Part shown: positions 49,854 to 58,385 of the stretch, piece by piece
Numbering within the stretch: the stretch's first letter is position 1
Layout: each line of letters starts with the position of its first letter
NCBI GenBank assembly: GCA_019636215.1
Contig: JAHBXZ010000005.1
Span: forward strand, 129,159-193,158
Source of the DNA: Planctomycetota bacterium
GTDB taxonomy: Bacteria; Planctomycetota; UBA8742; UBA2392
Direction: 5' to 3'
Length of the DNA stretch: 64,000 bases
Position numbers and translations under genes: made by a program
Notes under the pieces: generated by a model
The model's database searches: none
Told to the model about the DNA's origin: nothing
What the model saw: the letters and a program-made list of their open reading frames with translations, nothing else

Positions 49854-51319
49854 CAACCCTGATCGTCGTCAACAATCCTTCCCGCTGGCCACTGGAGATC
49901 CCCGACGTCCAGGTGGTATCGGCCAAGGCTTACCTGACGGACCCCGAGTACAGCAAACTGCAGGGCATCAAGGTCTTCAACCTGTGCCGGTACTACAGCT
50001 ACCAGAGCCTGGGCTATTACGTCAGCCTGCTTGCCGAGGCGCGCGGGCACCGGCCCCTGCCGGACATCGCCACAACGATGAACCTGCGCACGCTTTCCAT
50101 GCCGCGGCCCATGGCCAACGAGCTCGATGAAGAAATGCAGAAGGCCCTGGCGCCGCTGAAGTCGCCCGAGTTTGACCTGAGCATCTACTTCGGCCGCAAC
50201 ATGGCCAACCGCTACGAGAAGCTGGCCCTGCAGATTTTCAATCAGTTCCCCTCCCCGTTCCTGCGCGCACACTTCAAACGCGGCGAAGAAGGCTGGGAGA
50301 TGGCCAGCGTCACGACGATCAGCCTGAACGATGTGCCCGAGAGCCACCGGCCCTTCATCGTCGAAAGCGCGATCCAGTACCTTGCCCGCAAGCGCCACTC
50401 GCGCCCGCGCCGCTCGCGTGGCCGCTTTGACGTGGCAATCCTTTTCGACCGCGAAGAGAAACACTCGCCCAGTGACCCGCGCGCGATCAAGCGTTTCTGT
50501 GATGCGGCCTACGACCTTGGCATCAACACCGAAATCATCGACAAGAACGATTACGGCCGCATTGCCGAGTTTGACGGCCTGTGGATCCGCGAGACCACCA
50601 GCGTCAACCATCACACCTATCGCTTTGCCCGGCGCGCCCAGAACCTGGGCCTGTGCGTGATTGACGACCCGCGCAGCATCCTGCGCTGCACCAACAAGGT
50701 GTACCTGGCCGAACTTCTGAACCGCCACAACCTGAAGGGCCCGCGCACGTTGATTGTGCATGAGGACAACATTGACGAAGTGGGCCGCACTCTAGGCCTG
50801 CCTTGTGTCTTGAAACGGCCCGACGGCGCGTTCAGCCAGGGCGTGATGAAGGCCGCCGATGAGGGCGAATTGCGCCGCACAATCGAACTGATGCTGCAGG
50901 ACTCCGACCTGCTGATCGCCCAGGAGTTCGTGCCCACCGAGTACGACTGGCGCGTGGGTGTGCTGGACCGCCGGCCGCTGTTTGTCTGCCGCTATCACAT
51001 GGCGCGCCAGCACTGGCAGATCGCCAAGCACGGCGAAGGCGCAACCCAGTTCGGCGAAGTAGACAGCATCCCCGTCGAAGAAGCCCCTCCCGAAGTCGTC
51101 AAGGCGGCCGTGAAGGCCGCCAACCTGATCGGCGACGGCCTGTACGGCGTTGACCTGAAGCTGATCGGCGACGAACCCTACATCATTGAAGTCAACGACA
51201 ACCCCAACCTTGAGGCCGGCACAGAAGACGCCGTGCTCAAGGAAGAACTCTGGCGCAGGCTGGCGGGCGTGTTCCTTCGCCGCATTGAGGCCGGGCCGCA
51301 CGGCGCGGGGTCGGCATGA
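49850..51319 (+). CDS. RimK-type ATP-grasp amidoligase with an N-terminal RLAN (RimK-like ATP-grasp N-terminal) domain
   Basis: C-terminal ATP-grasp ...LPCVLKRPDGAFSQGV...LIAQEFVPTEYDWRVGVLD...YGVDLKLIGDEPYIIEVNDNPNLE. An N-terminal domain of about 250 aa. ATGA overlaps on both sides. Confidence 0.8.
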   Translation: MTTLIVVNNPSRWPLEIPDVQVVSAKAYLTDPEYSKLQGIKVFNLCRYYSYQSLGYYVSLLAEARGHRPLPDIATTMNLRTLSMPRPMANELDEEMQKALAPLKSPEFDLSIYFGRNMANRYEKLALQIFNQFPSPFLRAHFKRGEEGWEMASVTTISLNDVPESHRPFIVESAIQYLARKRHSRPRRSRGRFDVAILFDREEKHSPSDPRAIKRFCDAAYDLGINTEIIDKNDYGRIAEFDGLWIRETTSVNHHTYRFARRAQNLGLCVIDDPRSILRCTNKVYLAELLNRHNLKGPRTLIVHEDNIDEVGRTLGLPCVLKRPDGAFSQGVMKAADEGELRRTIELMLQDSDLLIAQEFVPTEYDWRVGVLDRRPLFVCRYHMARQHWQIAKHGEGATQFGEVDSIPVEEAPPEVVKAAVKAANLIGDGLYGVDLKLIGDEPYIIEVNDNPNLEAGTEDAVLKEELWRRLAGVFLRRIEAGPHGAGSA

Positions 51320-52536
51320 CCCTGCACTTGTTTGAGGGCTACGGGATTGAGCTGGAGTACATGATTGCCGACAAGGCCACGCTTGCGGCCCGGCCGATCA
51401 GCGACCTTCTGCTGCGCGAAGTGGCAGGCAACGATGAAGGCGACTTCGACAACGGGGACGCGGCCTGGTCGAACGAACTGGTGCTGCATGTCCTGGAGTT
51501 CAAGACCAACGGCCCCGCGGCGGATCTGACAAAGCTGCCGGCGTTGTTTGCGGCACAGGTAACGCAGGTCAACGGATTGCTGGCCAAGCACAATGCCATG
51601 CTGCTGCCCGGCGCGATGCACCCGTTCTTTGACCCGATGACCGAGACGAAGCTGTGGCCGCACAGCAACAACGTCGTCTATGAGACCTACAACCGCATCT
51701 TTGATTGCCGCGGCCATGGCTGGTCCAACCTGCAAAGCACGCACCTGAACCTGCCCTTTGCCGACGACGCCGAGTTCGCGCGCCTGCACGCGGCCATCCG
51801 CATGATTCTGCCGATTCTGCCCGCGCTTTCGGCGGGCTCGCCCGTGGCCGACGGCAGTCTGCAGCCGGCGCTGGACTACCGGCTGGTGAAGTATTCCACC
51901 AACTCGGCGCGCATTCCCAGCGCCACCGGCAAGGTCGTACCAGAGCCCGTGTACACCAAAGACGCCTACTACCGCGAGATTTTGCAACGCATCTGGAACG
52001 ACACGGCGCCCTTTGACCCCGACGGAAATCTCGAGGGCGAGTACGCCAACGCGCGCGGGGCGATTGCCCGCTTTGACCGCATGGCAATCGAGATTCGCGT
52101 GCTGGACATCCAGGAGTGCCCCAGCGCCGACATCGCAATCTGCGCCCTGATTGCCGAAACGCTCAAGGCACTGATCGACGGCCTTGCAAGGCCGATTGAC
52201 GACCTGAAACCCTGGGCCGTGGATCCGCTGGCGGCCCTGTTTCGCGAGTGCATGGTCAGCGCCGAGGGCACGGTAATCCGTGACGCCGACTACCTGCGCG
52301 CGTTGGGCTTAACCGGCGCAAGCGCCACAGCGGGCGAAATCTGGCGCAGCCTTCGCGAGCGCGTGATGCCCAAGGGTTCACCTTTTGCGCCAGCGCTGGA
52401 CGTGATTCTGGATCACGGCACACTGGCCTCGCGGCTGAAACGCGCGCTGGGGCCCGACCCGGGACACGACAAGATCGCCGCGACGTGGCGAGAACTCGCG
52501 GCCTGCCTGGCAGCCAACCGGCAGTTCACGCCATGA
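51316..52536 (+). CDS. GCS2-family carboxylate-amine ligase (YbdK-like gamma-glutamyl ligase fold)
   Basis: N-terminal LHLFEGYGIELEYMIAD, the E-x-E motif of glutamate-cysteine ligase family 2. 406 aa. Confidence 0.8.
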   Translation: MTLHLFEGYGIELEYMIADKATLAARPISDLLLREVAGNDEGDFDNGDAAWSNELVLHVLEFKTNGPAADLTKLPALFAAQVTQVNGLLAKHNAMLLPGAMHPFFDPMTETKLWPHSNNVVYETYNRIFDCRGHGWSNLQSTHLNLPFADDAEFARLHAAIRMILPILPALSAGSPVADGSLQPALDYRLVKYSTNSARIPSATGKVVPEPVYTKDAYYREILQRIWNDTAPFDPDGNLEGEYANARGAIARFDRMAIEIRVLDIQECPSADIAICALIAETLKALIDGLARPIDDLKPWAVDPLAALFRECMVSAEGTVIRDADYLRALGLTGASATAGEIWRSLRERVMPKGSPFAPALDVILDHGTLASRLKRALGPDPGHDKIAATWRELAACLAANRQFTP

Positions 52537-53240
52537 CCTTTGACGCCTTCCTCATCACCTGTGAACACGCCAGCAACGCTGTGCCCGTGCGCTGGCGCGA
52601 GCCTTTTGCCGACACGACGCAGGTGCTGGAGTCCCACCGCGCCTGGGACCCCGGCGCGCTTGTACTGGCTGGCGAGTTCGCACGCCTGCTCGATGCCCCC
52701 CTGTTCAAGGGCCAGGTCACGCGACTGCTGGTCGATCTCAACCGGCGCGAAACCGGCAAGGGCGTGCTGAGTGATTACTCGCGTCAGTTCGACCTTGAAA
52801 AGCGCGTGGCATTGCTGAACCTTTACCACCGGCCCTATCGCGTTGCCGTACTCGATGCTGTCACGGACCGTATCCGCGCCGGGCGCAAACTGCTGCACCT
52901 TTCGTGCCACAGTTTCACGCCGGTGCTGGACGGCCAGACGCGCACGGCCGAGATCGGCCTGCTGTTCGACCCGCGACGCAAGCCTGAAAACGCGCTGTGC
53001 AAGGCCTGGCGCAAGGCCATGGCTGCGGCCCTGCCGAAGCACCGCATCAAGCTGAACTACCCGTACAAGGGCACAAGCGACGGCATGACTACCTGGTTGC
53101 GCGAGCAGTTCCCGGCCACACGCTACGCGGGCATTGAGATCGAGCTCAACCAGAGCTTCGCCATGCAGCCGGCGGCCCGTTGGGCCGACGTGCGACAGGC
53201 CTTGAAGTCAACCCTGCGCGCCTGCCTGCGTTCCGGGTGA
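52533..53240 (+). CDS. N-formylglutamate amidohydrolase (FGase) family hydrolase
   Basis: MTFDAFLITCEHASNAVP, the FGase CEHA-type motif. ATGA overlap with the GCS2 gene. Confidence 0.8.
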   Translation: MTFDAFLITCEHASNAVPVRWREPFADTTQVLESHRAWDPGALVLAGEFARLLDAPLFKGQVTRLLVDLNRRETGKGVLSDYSRQFDLEKRVALLNLYHRPYRVAVLDAVTDRIRAGRKLLHLSCHSFTPVLDGQTRTAEIGLLFDPRRKPENALCKAWRKAMAAALPKHRIKLNYPYKGTSDGMTTWLREQFPATRYAGIEIELNQSFAMQPAARWADVRQALKSTLRACLRSG

Positions 53241-53327
53241 ACTTGGTGGGCAATGCAGTCACTGGCCCCGACGTTGTCGCACCGCCCGATATCCTGTAAC
53301 TTGGGCCCCTTGGCCCGCGGAGCATCC

Positions 53328-55037
53328 ATGCGACTCGTCATTGCCATCGCCCTGCTTGTTGCCGTTGCCGTTTCGACCATCGCGCAGGATGCGCCTCAAC
53401 CCACCGCGCGCGAGGCACTGCTCGCGCAAGTTGGCAAGACCTGGCTGAAAGACGTCAAACCGGAAGACCGCGCCGCGCGGATCGAGTTTCTGGAGATCCC
53501 GCAATCCATCCGCGAGCACATCGTCGCCAACGAGTGGGAGAAGGCCCAGCTGGAACGCTTCACCAAGGACCGCGCTTACGCCCTGGTCGCAGCGCCAGAC
53601 GGCGATTACGCGATTCACTTTCGCGGCCCACACCAGCGCAGCACCCGCAAGCTTGATGCCGCCCGCGCCCGCATTCTGCGACGGCTGTACAACGATGCCG
53701 CCTTTGCCGCGCCATGCGCGCCGGAACTGGAAGCGTGGCTCAAGGCTGAAGTCGACGTGCAGGCCGTGTTCTCGGACGCCGTCGCCCGGGCCTGCGACGA
53801 CGTGAAGTTTCGCCCCGATGGCGACACCCTGCGCCGCGCCCGAGTCAACTTGCTGGCGGAGGGCACCAGCCGTGAAGCCATCGCGCGCGCATTGGGTGCG
53901 CTGGCAAAGGTGGACCACGCGCCCGAGTGCTGCTGGGCCGCAATCTGGCTGATCTCGCGCATGGATTTGATGACCTTCCACCGCGAAAAGGGCGAAGGCT
54001 CAGTCAACGACCTCGTCGCCATGGACGCGCGCTGCTTCTTTGAGAACGTGTGGTACGCCGTAAAGGCCCGCCACGACTTTGCCTGGGGCTGCGAAGTGCC
54101 GGACAAGGACTTCCTCAACTATGTGCTGTCGCCGCGTGGCACCGGCGAACCGCTGCAGCGCTGGCGCAGGCACTTCTACGAGGCACTCGCGCCCGAGCTT
54201 GTCGGCAAGACCCGCGACGAGGCCATCAACCTTGCCACCACGGTGGTCTACGACTTCTACCAGTATGAAGGCGACACAACCTGGGAAGACTTCGGCATGC
54301 TGACTGCGCTGGCCGTCCACGAAGGCCGCTGCGAGGATTGCAGCAACGTCGAGTGCTGCATGCTGCGCGCGGTCTGCATCCCCGGCGCGCAGGCCTTTAC
54401 CCCCTGGTGGGGACATGGCGACGGCAACCACGCCTGGACCTGGATTCCAAGCTTCGGCAAAGGTTCCGGTGACGGCGCGGGCGCGGTGAAAGTGTACACC
54501 AAGACATGGGACGGCCTGGACGACGTGACCGACCAGAACACACCCGTTACGCGCTTTGAGTGCGATGCCCCGGCCGATGCAACCGAAAAGCTGCAACTGC
54601 TGGTCTGGAACCACGACGAGTGGCGGCTGGTGGCACGCGCCATGCCCGCCAACGGCAAGGCCGTGTTCGAGAAAGTGGGCAACCGCAAGCACTTCGCACT
54701 GCTGGTGCGCACACCCGGCGGCAAAGACCGCATGGTTGTGCTTGGCCCGAAGTCCGAGCCGCGCTGGCTGAACAATGCCGAGAAGGTCGAAGGCGGCGCG
54801 GACTTCACCTTCGAGAAGCAAAGCCCGCTGGGCGAGTTCCAGCCTGACAGGCAGTACCAGATGCAGGTGTGGACCACCGCCGGCTGGCAAGATCTGGCCA
54901 GCGAGCGAGTATCCACCGGCGCGCTGAAGTTCAAGGCCGCCCAGGACCGCCTGTATCGCCTCAAGGCCGAGGGCATCAACGGTCGGCCCTTCACGATCGA
55001 GGAAATCGACGGCGAGTTTGCCGCGCGCGTGCGGTAA
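53328..55037 (+). CDS. Secreted transglutaminase-like (papain-fold) domain protein
   Basis: Signal peptide MRLVIAIALLVAVAVSTIAQ. Transglutaminase core GRCEDCSNVECCMLRAVCIPGAQAFTPWWGHGDGNHAWTWIP, a Cys...His...Asp-type arrangement. Confidence 0.7.
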   Translation: MRLVIAIALLVAVAVSTIAQDAPQPTAREALLAQVGKTWLKDVKPEDRAARIEFLEIPQSIREHIVANEWEKAQLERFTKDRAYALVAAPDGDYAIHFRGPHQRSTRKLDAARARILRRLYNDAAFAAPCAPELEAWLKAEVDVQAVFSDAVARACDDVKFRPDGDTLRRARVNLLAEGTSREAIARALGALAKVDHAPECCWAAIWLISRMDLMTFHREKGEGSVNDLVAMDARCFFENVWYAVKARHDFAWGCEVPDKDFLNYVLSPRGTGEPLQRWRRHFYEALAPELVGKTRDEAINLATTVVYDFYQYEGDTTWEDFGMLTALAVHEGRCEDCSNVECCMLRAVCIPGAQAFTPWWGHGDGNHAWTWIPSFGKGSGDGAGAVKVYTKTWDGLDDVTDQNTPVTRFECDAPADATEKLQLLVWNHDEWRLVARAMPANGKAVFEKVGNRKHFALLVRTPGGKDRMVVLGPKSEPRWLNNAEKVEGGADFTFEKQSPLGEFQPDRQYQMQVWTTAGWQDLASERVSTGALKFKAAQDRLYRLKAEGINGRPFTIEEIDGEFAARVR

Positions 55038-55101
55038 ACCGGACCGCGGGCCTCTGGCCCGCCTTGCGATCGGGCCCGACGCCCGCGCACTGGAGTCTTC
55101 C

Positions 55102-55464
55102 ATGGCCTACGTTGACGGCTTTCTCGTTCCTGTGCCGACCAGGAAACTCAAGGCCTACCAGGCCATGTCGCGCAAGGTCGGCAAGATCTGGCGCGAATAC
55201 GGCGCGCTGGATTACCGCGAGTGCGTCGGCGACGACCTGGACATCAAGGGCGTGGCCAGCTTTCGCAAGGCCGCGGGGGCAAAGAAGGGCGAGTCGGTCG
55301 TGTTTGCCTACATTGTCTACAAGTCGCGCAAGCACCGCGACCAGGTGAATAAGAAAGTCATGTCCGACCCGCGCCTGGCCCACAAGCCCGGCGAGAAGCA
55401 CGAACACCCGTTCGACATCGCACGCATGTGCTTTGGTGGATTCAAGCTGTTCGTACAGGCCTGA
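55102..55464 (+). CDS. DUF1428 family protein (YbaA-like)
   Basis: MAYVDGFLVPVP...EYGALDYRECVGDD...VVFAYIVYKSRKHRDQVNKKVMSDPR...FGGF. Collinear with the DUF1428 family. Confidence 0.8.
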   Translation: MAYVDGFLVPVPTRKLKAYQAMSRKVGKIWREYGALDYRECVGDDLDIKGVASFRKAAGAKKGESVVFAYIVYKSRKHRDQVNKKVMSDPRLAHKPGEKHEHPFDIARMCFGGFKLFVQA

Positions 55465-55512
55465 CGCTTTTGCACAACCTTCATCCGGTGCTGAAGCGTC
55501 CCCCACACGGGG

Positions 55513-56616
55513 TTGCGATGCTGCCATGCCATGTCCATCAATGCGTGGCTGGCGCTGGGCTGCATCGCGTTTCTTCTGCTTTCGCCGTTGATTCTGCTGG
55601 CGTCCCCGCTGTGGGGTTACTGGCTGTGGCGACAGGCACGGGCCGGGCGCCTGGCGGGCATCGCCAACTGGGAAGAGAAGATAAGGCGTGCCGCAGAGGT
55701 CAGTTCGCGCCACGACGTGCGCATGCTTTCCGGCGTGCCTTCATGGATCTGCCTGTTCGCGCAGGAAGTGCTGTCACACACCGGCTGCGGCAGCCTGATG
55801 GAGGTGTGGCCGAACCTGAAACTGTTCGTGCATGGCGGAATGGCCTTCGCGCCTTACCGCAGGCACCTGCGCCAGCTTGTGGGCGGCGACATCCGCTGCA
55901 CGGACACTTACTCGGCCAGCGAAGGCGGCATGCTGGCCGTACAGGACCAGCGCGATGAGCCCGGCATGCTGCCGTTGTGCGACCTGGGGGTGTTCTTTGA
56001 GTTTGTGCCGGCGCGTGAACTTGACCGGGGCAATCCTGCCCGCTTGCGCCTGCATGAGGTGGAGACCGGCGTGGATTATGCCGTCGTCCTGAGTACGGAT
56101 TCCGGCATTTACGGCTACCTGGTTGGAGACCTCGTGCGTTTCGAAAGCACGCGCCCGCTGCGGCTGGTTTTCGCCGGGCGAGTCAAGCATACCTTGAACG
56201 CATTTGGCGAACACGTCAGTGGCGGAGAACTCGAACGCGCCATCGCGGCGGCCAGCGACGCCACGGGGGCAGAGGTCGGCGAGTACGCCGTGGCAACGGC
56301 CTTTCCCACCCCGGAGCGCCCCGTGGGCGGCCATGTGTGGTACGTGGAGTTCCGGGCCGCGCCGATCAGTGTGTCCGCGTTTGCCAGCACGCTGGACGAA
56401 ACCATCCGCGCCGGCAACGAGGATTACGCCTGCCACCGCCTGCGCGACTTCGGCATGGTCGCGCCACGCGTCCATGCAGTTCCGCCCGGCACCTTTTACG
56501 CCTGGATGCGCGCCCGAGGCCGCATCGGCGGCCAGAACAAGGTGCCCCGCGTACTGACCCCCGAGCTTGAGGCCGAACTGCGGCATGAGTTGCCGCAAAC
56601 TGCCGGCGCACGCTGA
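55513..56616 (+). CDS. GH3-family acyl-acid amido synthetase, C-terminal two-thirds only; N-terminally truncated and a possible pseudogene
   Basis: Contains motif II YSASEGG and motif III YLVGDLV but lacks the N-terminal SSGTS-type adenylation P-loop. Only 16 codons separate it from the upstream in-frame stop. Confidence 0.55.
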   Translation: MRCCHAMSINAWLALGCIAFLLLSPLILLASPLWGYWLWRQARAGRLAGIANWEEKIRRAAEVSSRHDVRMLSGVPSWICLFAQEVLSHTGCGSLMEVWPNLKLFVHGGMAFAPYRRHLRQLVGGDIRCTDTYSASEGGMLAVQDQRDEPGMLPLCDLGVFFEFVPARELDRGNPARLRLHEVETGVDYAVVLSTDSGIYGYLVGDLVRFESTRPLRLVFAGRVKHTLNAFGEHVSGGELERAIAAASDATGAEVGEYAVATAFPTPERPVGGHVWYVEFRAAPISVSAFASTLDETIRAGNEDYACHRLRDFGMVAPRVHAVPPGTFYAWMRARGRIGGQNKVPRVLTPELEAELRHELPQTAGAR

Positions 56617-56619
56617 AAC

Positions 56620-58281
56620 CTACCCGACCACGGGCAGTTCCAGTTTTGCCCTTGGGCCGTGGTGGTCGAAGTTGATGTCGGCTTCCTGGGCCACGGATTC
56701 ATCCCAAGCGTCGGCACCGCTGTGGGTGTTGCGTTCAAATCGCGGGGTGCTGCCGCCGGTGAGGATCAGCTTGAGCTTGTGTCCCTTCTGCCAGGTGTAG
56801 GCGTGGGGAGCAAATCGCAGTGTGAGTTCTACAGGGTCCCCGGCCTTGACCGGCTGCACAGCTTTGCCATCGCGCAGTTTGGCGCGGATGATCGTCTCGC
56901 CCACCAGGAAGCTTTCGCCCTTGTCGTTGGTGTCCACCAGACGGGCATGCACGTCGAAATCGGCCCGGTTGCTCCAGGCACGCACCTTCAGCACCACTTC
57001 GCCGCGCACAACCAGCGGGCTCTCCAGCGCGGCCGTGGCGTACACCACGACGTCCTGGCGTTTCTCGATCTCGGTGACGTTCTTGGGGCCATGGGTCAGG
57101 GGCGGCAGGTTCTGGCCGCCGATGCTGGGGCTGGCTTTACGCGGGTCGTACTTGAAGCTGCGGCTGGGGGCCGGGCCTTCGCGGGACATGACTGGTTCGG
57201 TTGTGCCGATGCGGCCCTCGCTGTCCAGCCAGCGGGCCTGGGGCTTGCCGGCCAGCTTGTCCCAGCTTTCGCCGCTGACCCATCCGGCGTGGCACTGAAA
57301 GGCGTGAACACGTGCAAGTTTGTCGTAGCCGTTGTCGGTCTTGCCACGCAGGAAGTAATCAAAGAACTGCATCGTGATCTTCGTGCTGTAGCCATCGGCG
57401 GCTTTGAACTCCAAGTCGCCCTGCCTGGCAACATCAATCTGAGTGTGCGACCAGGGGCCCATCACAAGGCGTGTGTGCTTGCGCGCGGCCTCGCCGCCCT
57501 TGCTGACCAGGTCGGCATATTGCTCCAGGATCTCGCGCGGGTAGTTGTCCCACCAGCCGCTGATCAACAGGCACGGCACTGTGATCTTTTCGGGCGCATA
57601 GCTCTGGTTGCGCACGATCTTCCAGATCGCCTTGTCAGGCGTTCGCGCAGCGGTGACGGTACCGCCCACACCGAAGCCAAGCTGATCCAGTGACTTCACA
57701 TGGTGTTCCAGCAGCACCCCGCCCTCATAGTAGGACTCATACCGGTTGCCCTGAAACGCGATCAGCGGCGCGGCACACACCAGGTGCGGGGGTTGTTCAG
57801 CCGCGGTGTCAAACTGCTGTTTGCCCAGGGCCGAGCCGCCCCAGGTGCCGACTTTGCCGTCACACCAAGGTTGCGCGGCGCACCATTCCACACAGTCATA
57901 GCCATCCAATCCGCGCTTGACGCGACTCACACCCTGTGTCGCCGCTCGGCTGCCATAGAATCCGCGCCAGTCCACAAACACGTAGGCGTAGTTCTCGCGG
58001 TCGAACATCGAAAACGCCTTCTCACTGCCGCGCCCGACTTCCGACGTGTTGTCGCCGTACTCGCGGCCCATGCGGTCTTTGTTGTAGGGCGTCTGCACCA
58101 GCACGCAGGGGTACTTCCCGCGCGCCTTGGGCAACAGCACGTTGGCGGCCAGCCACTTGCCGTCGCGCATCGGAATGCGCTGGTCCTTCATTTCAGGCAG
58201 CCACGGCGCATCGGGCTTTTCCTGCGCCACGATGGTCCAGGGCAGCGCAAAAAGCGCGGCAAGGAGAATGACGACTCGCAT
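56620..58281 (-). CDS. CocE/NonD family hydrolase (S15 X-Pro dipeptidyl-peptidase-like), secreted
   Basis: Signal peptide, then ...CVLVQTPYNKD...YAYVFVDWRGFYGS...GGSALG, a family-typical layout with the C-terminal beta-sandwich. Confidence 0.8.
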   Translation of the reverse strand: MRVVILLAALFALPWTIVAQEKPDAPWLPEMKDQRIPMRDGKWLAANVLLPKARGKYPCVLVQTPYNKDRMGREYGDNTSEVGRGSEKAFSMFDRENYAYVFVDWRGFYGSRAATQGVSRVKRGLDGYDCVEWCAAQPWCDGKVGTWGGSALGKQQFDTAAEQPPHLVCAAPLIAFQGNRYESYYEGGVLLEHHVKSLDQLGFGVGGTVTAARTPDKAIWKIVRNQSYAPEKITVPCLLISGWWDNYPREILEQYADLVSKGGEAARKHTRLVMGPWSHTQIDVARQGDLEFKAADGYSTKITMQFFDYFLRGKTDNGYDKLARVHAFQCHAGWVSGESWDKLAGKPQARWLDSEGRIGTTEPVMSREGPAPSRSFKYDPRKASPSIGGQNLPPLTHGPKNVTEIEKRQDVVVYATAALESPLVVRGEVVLKVRAWSNRADFDVHARLVDTNDKGESFLVGETIIRAKLRDGKAVQPVKAGDPVELTLRFAPHAYTWQKGHKLKLILTGGSTPRFERNTHSGADAWDESVAQEADINFDHHGPRAKLELPVVG

Positions 58282-58385
58282 AGTGGCCTCGCGTTTGATT
58301 GCGCGCCCAATTTAACTCCGCGCCCTGGCCATGGTGACGTGAATTGTCTCGGTACTTGCACCCACGCCGCGGTTGGTTGACGAGC

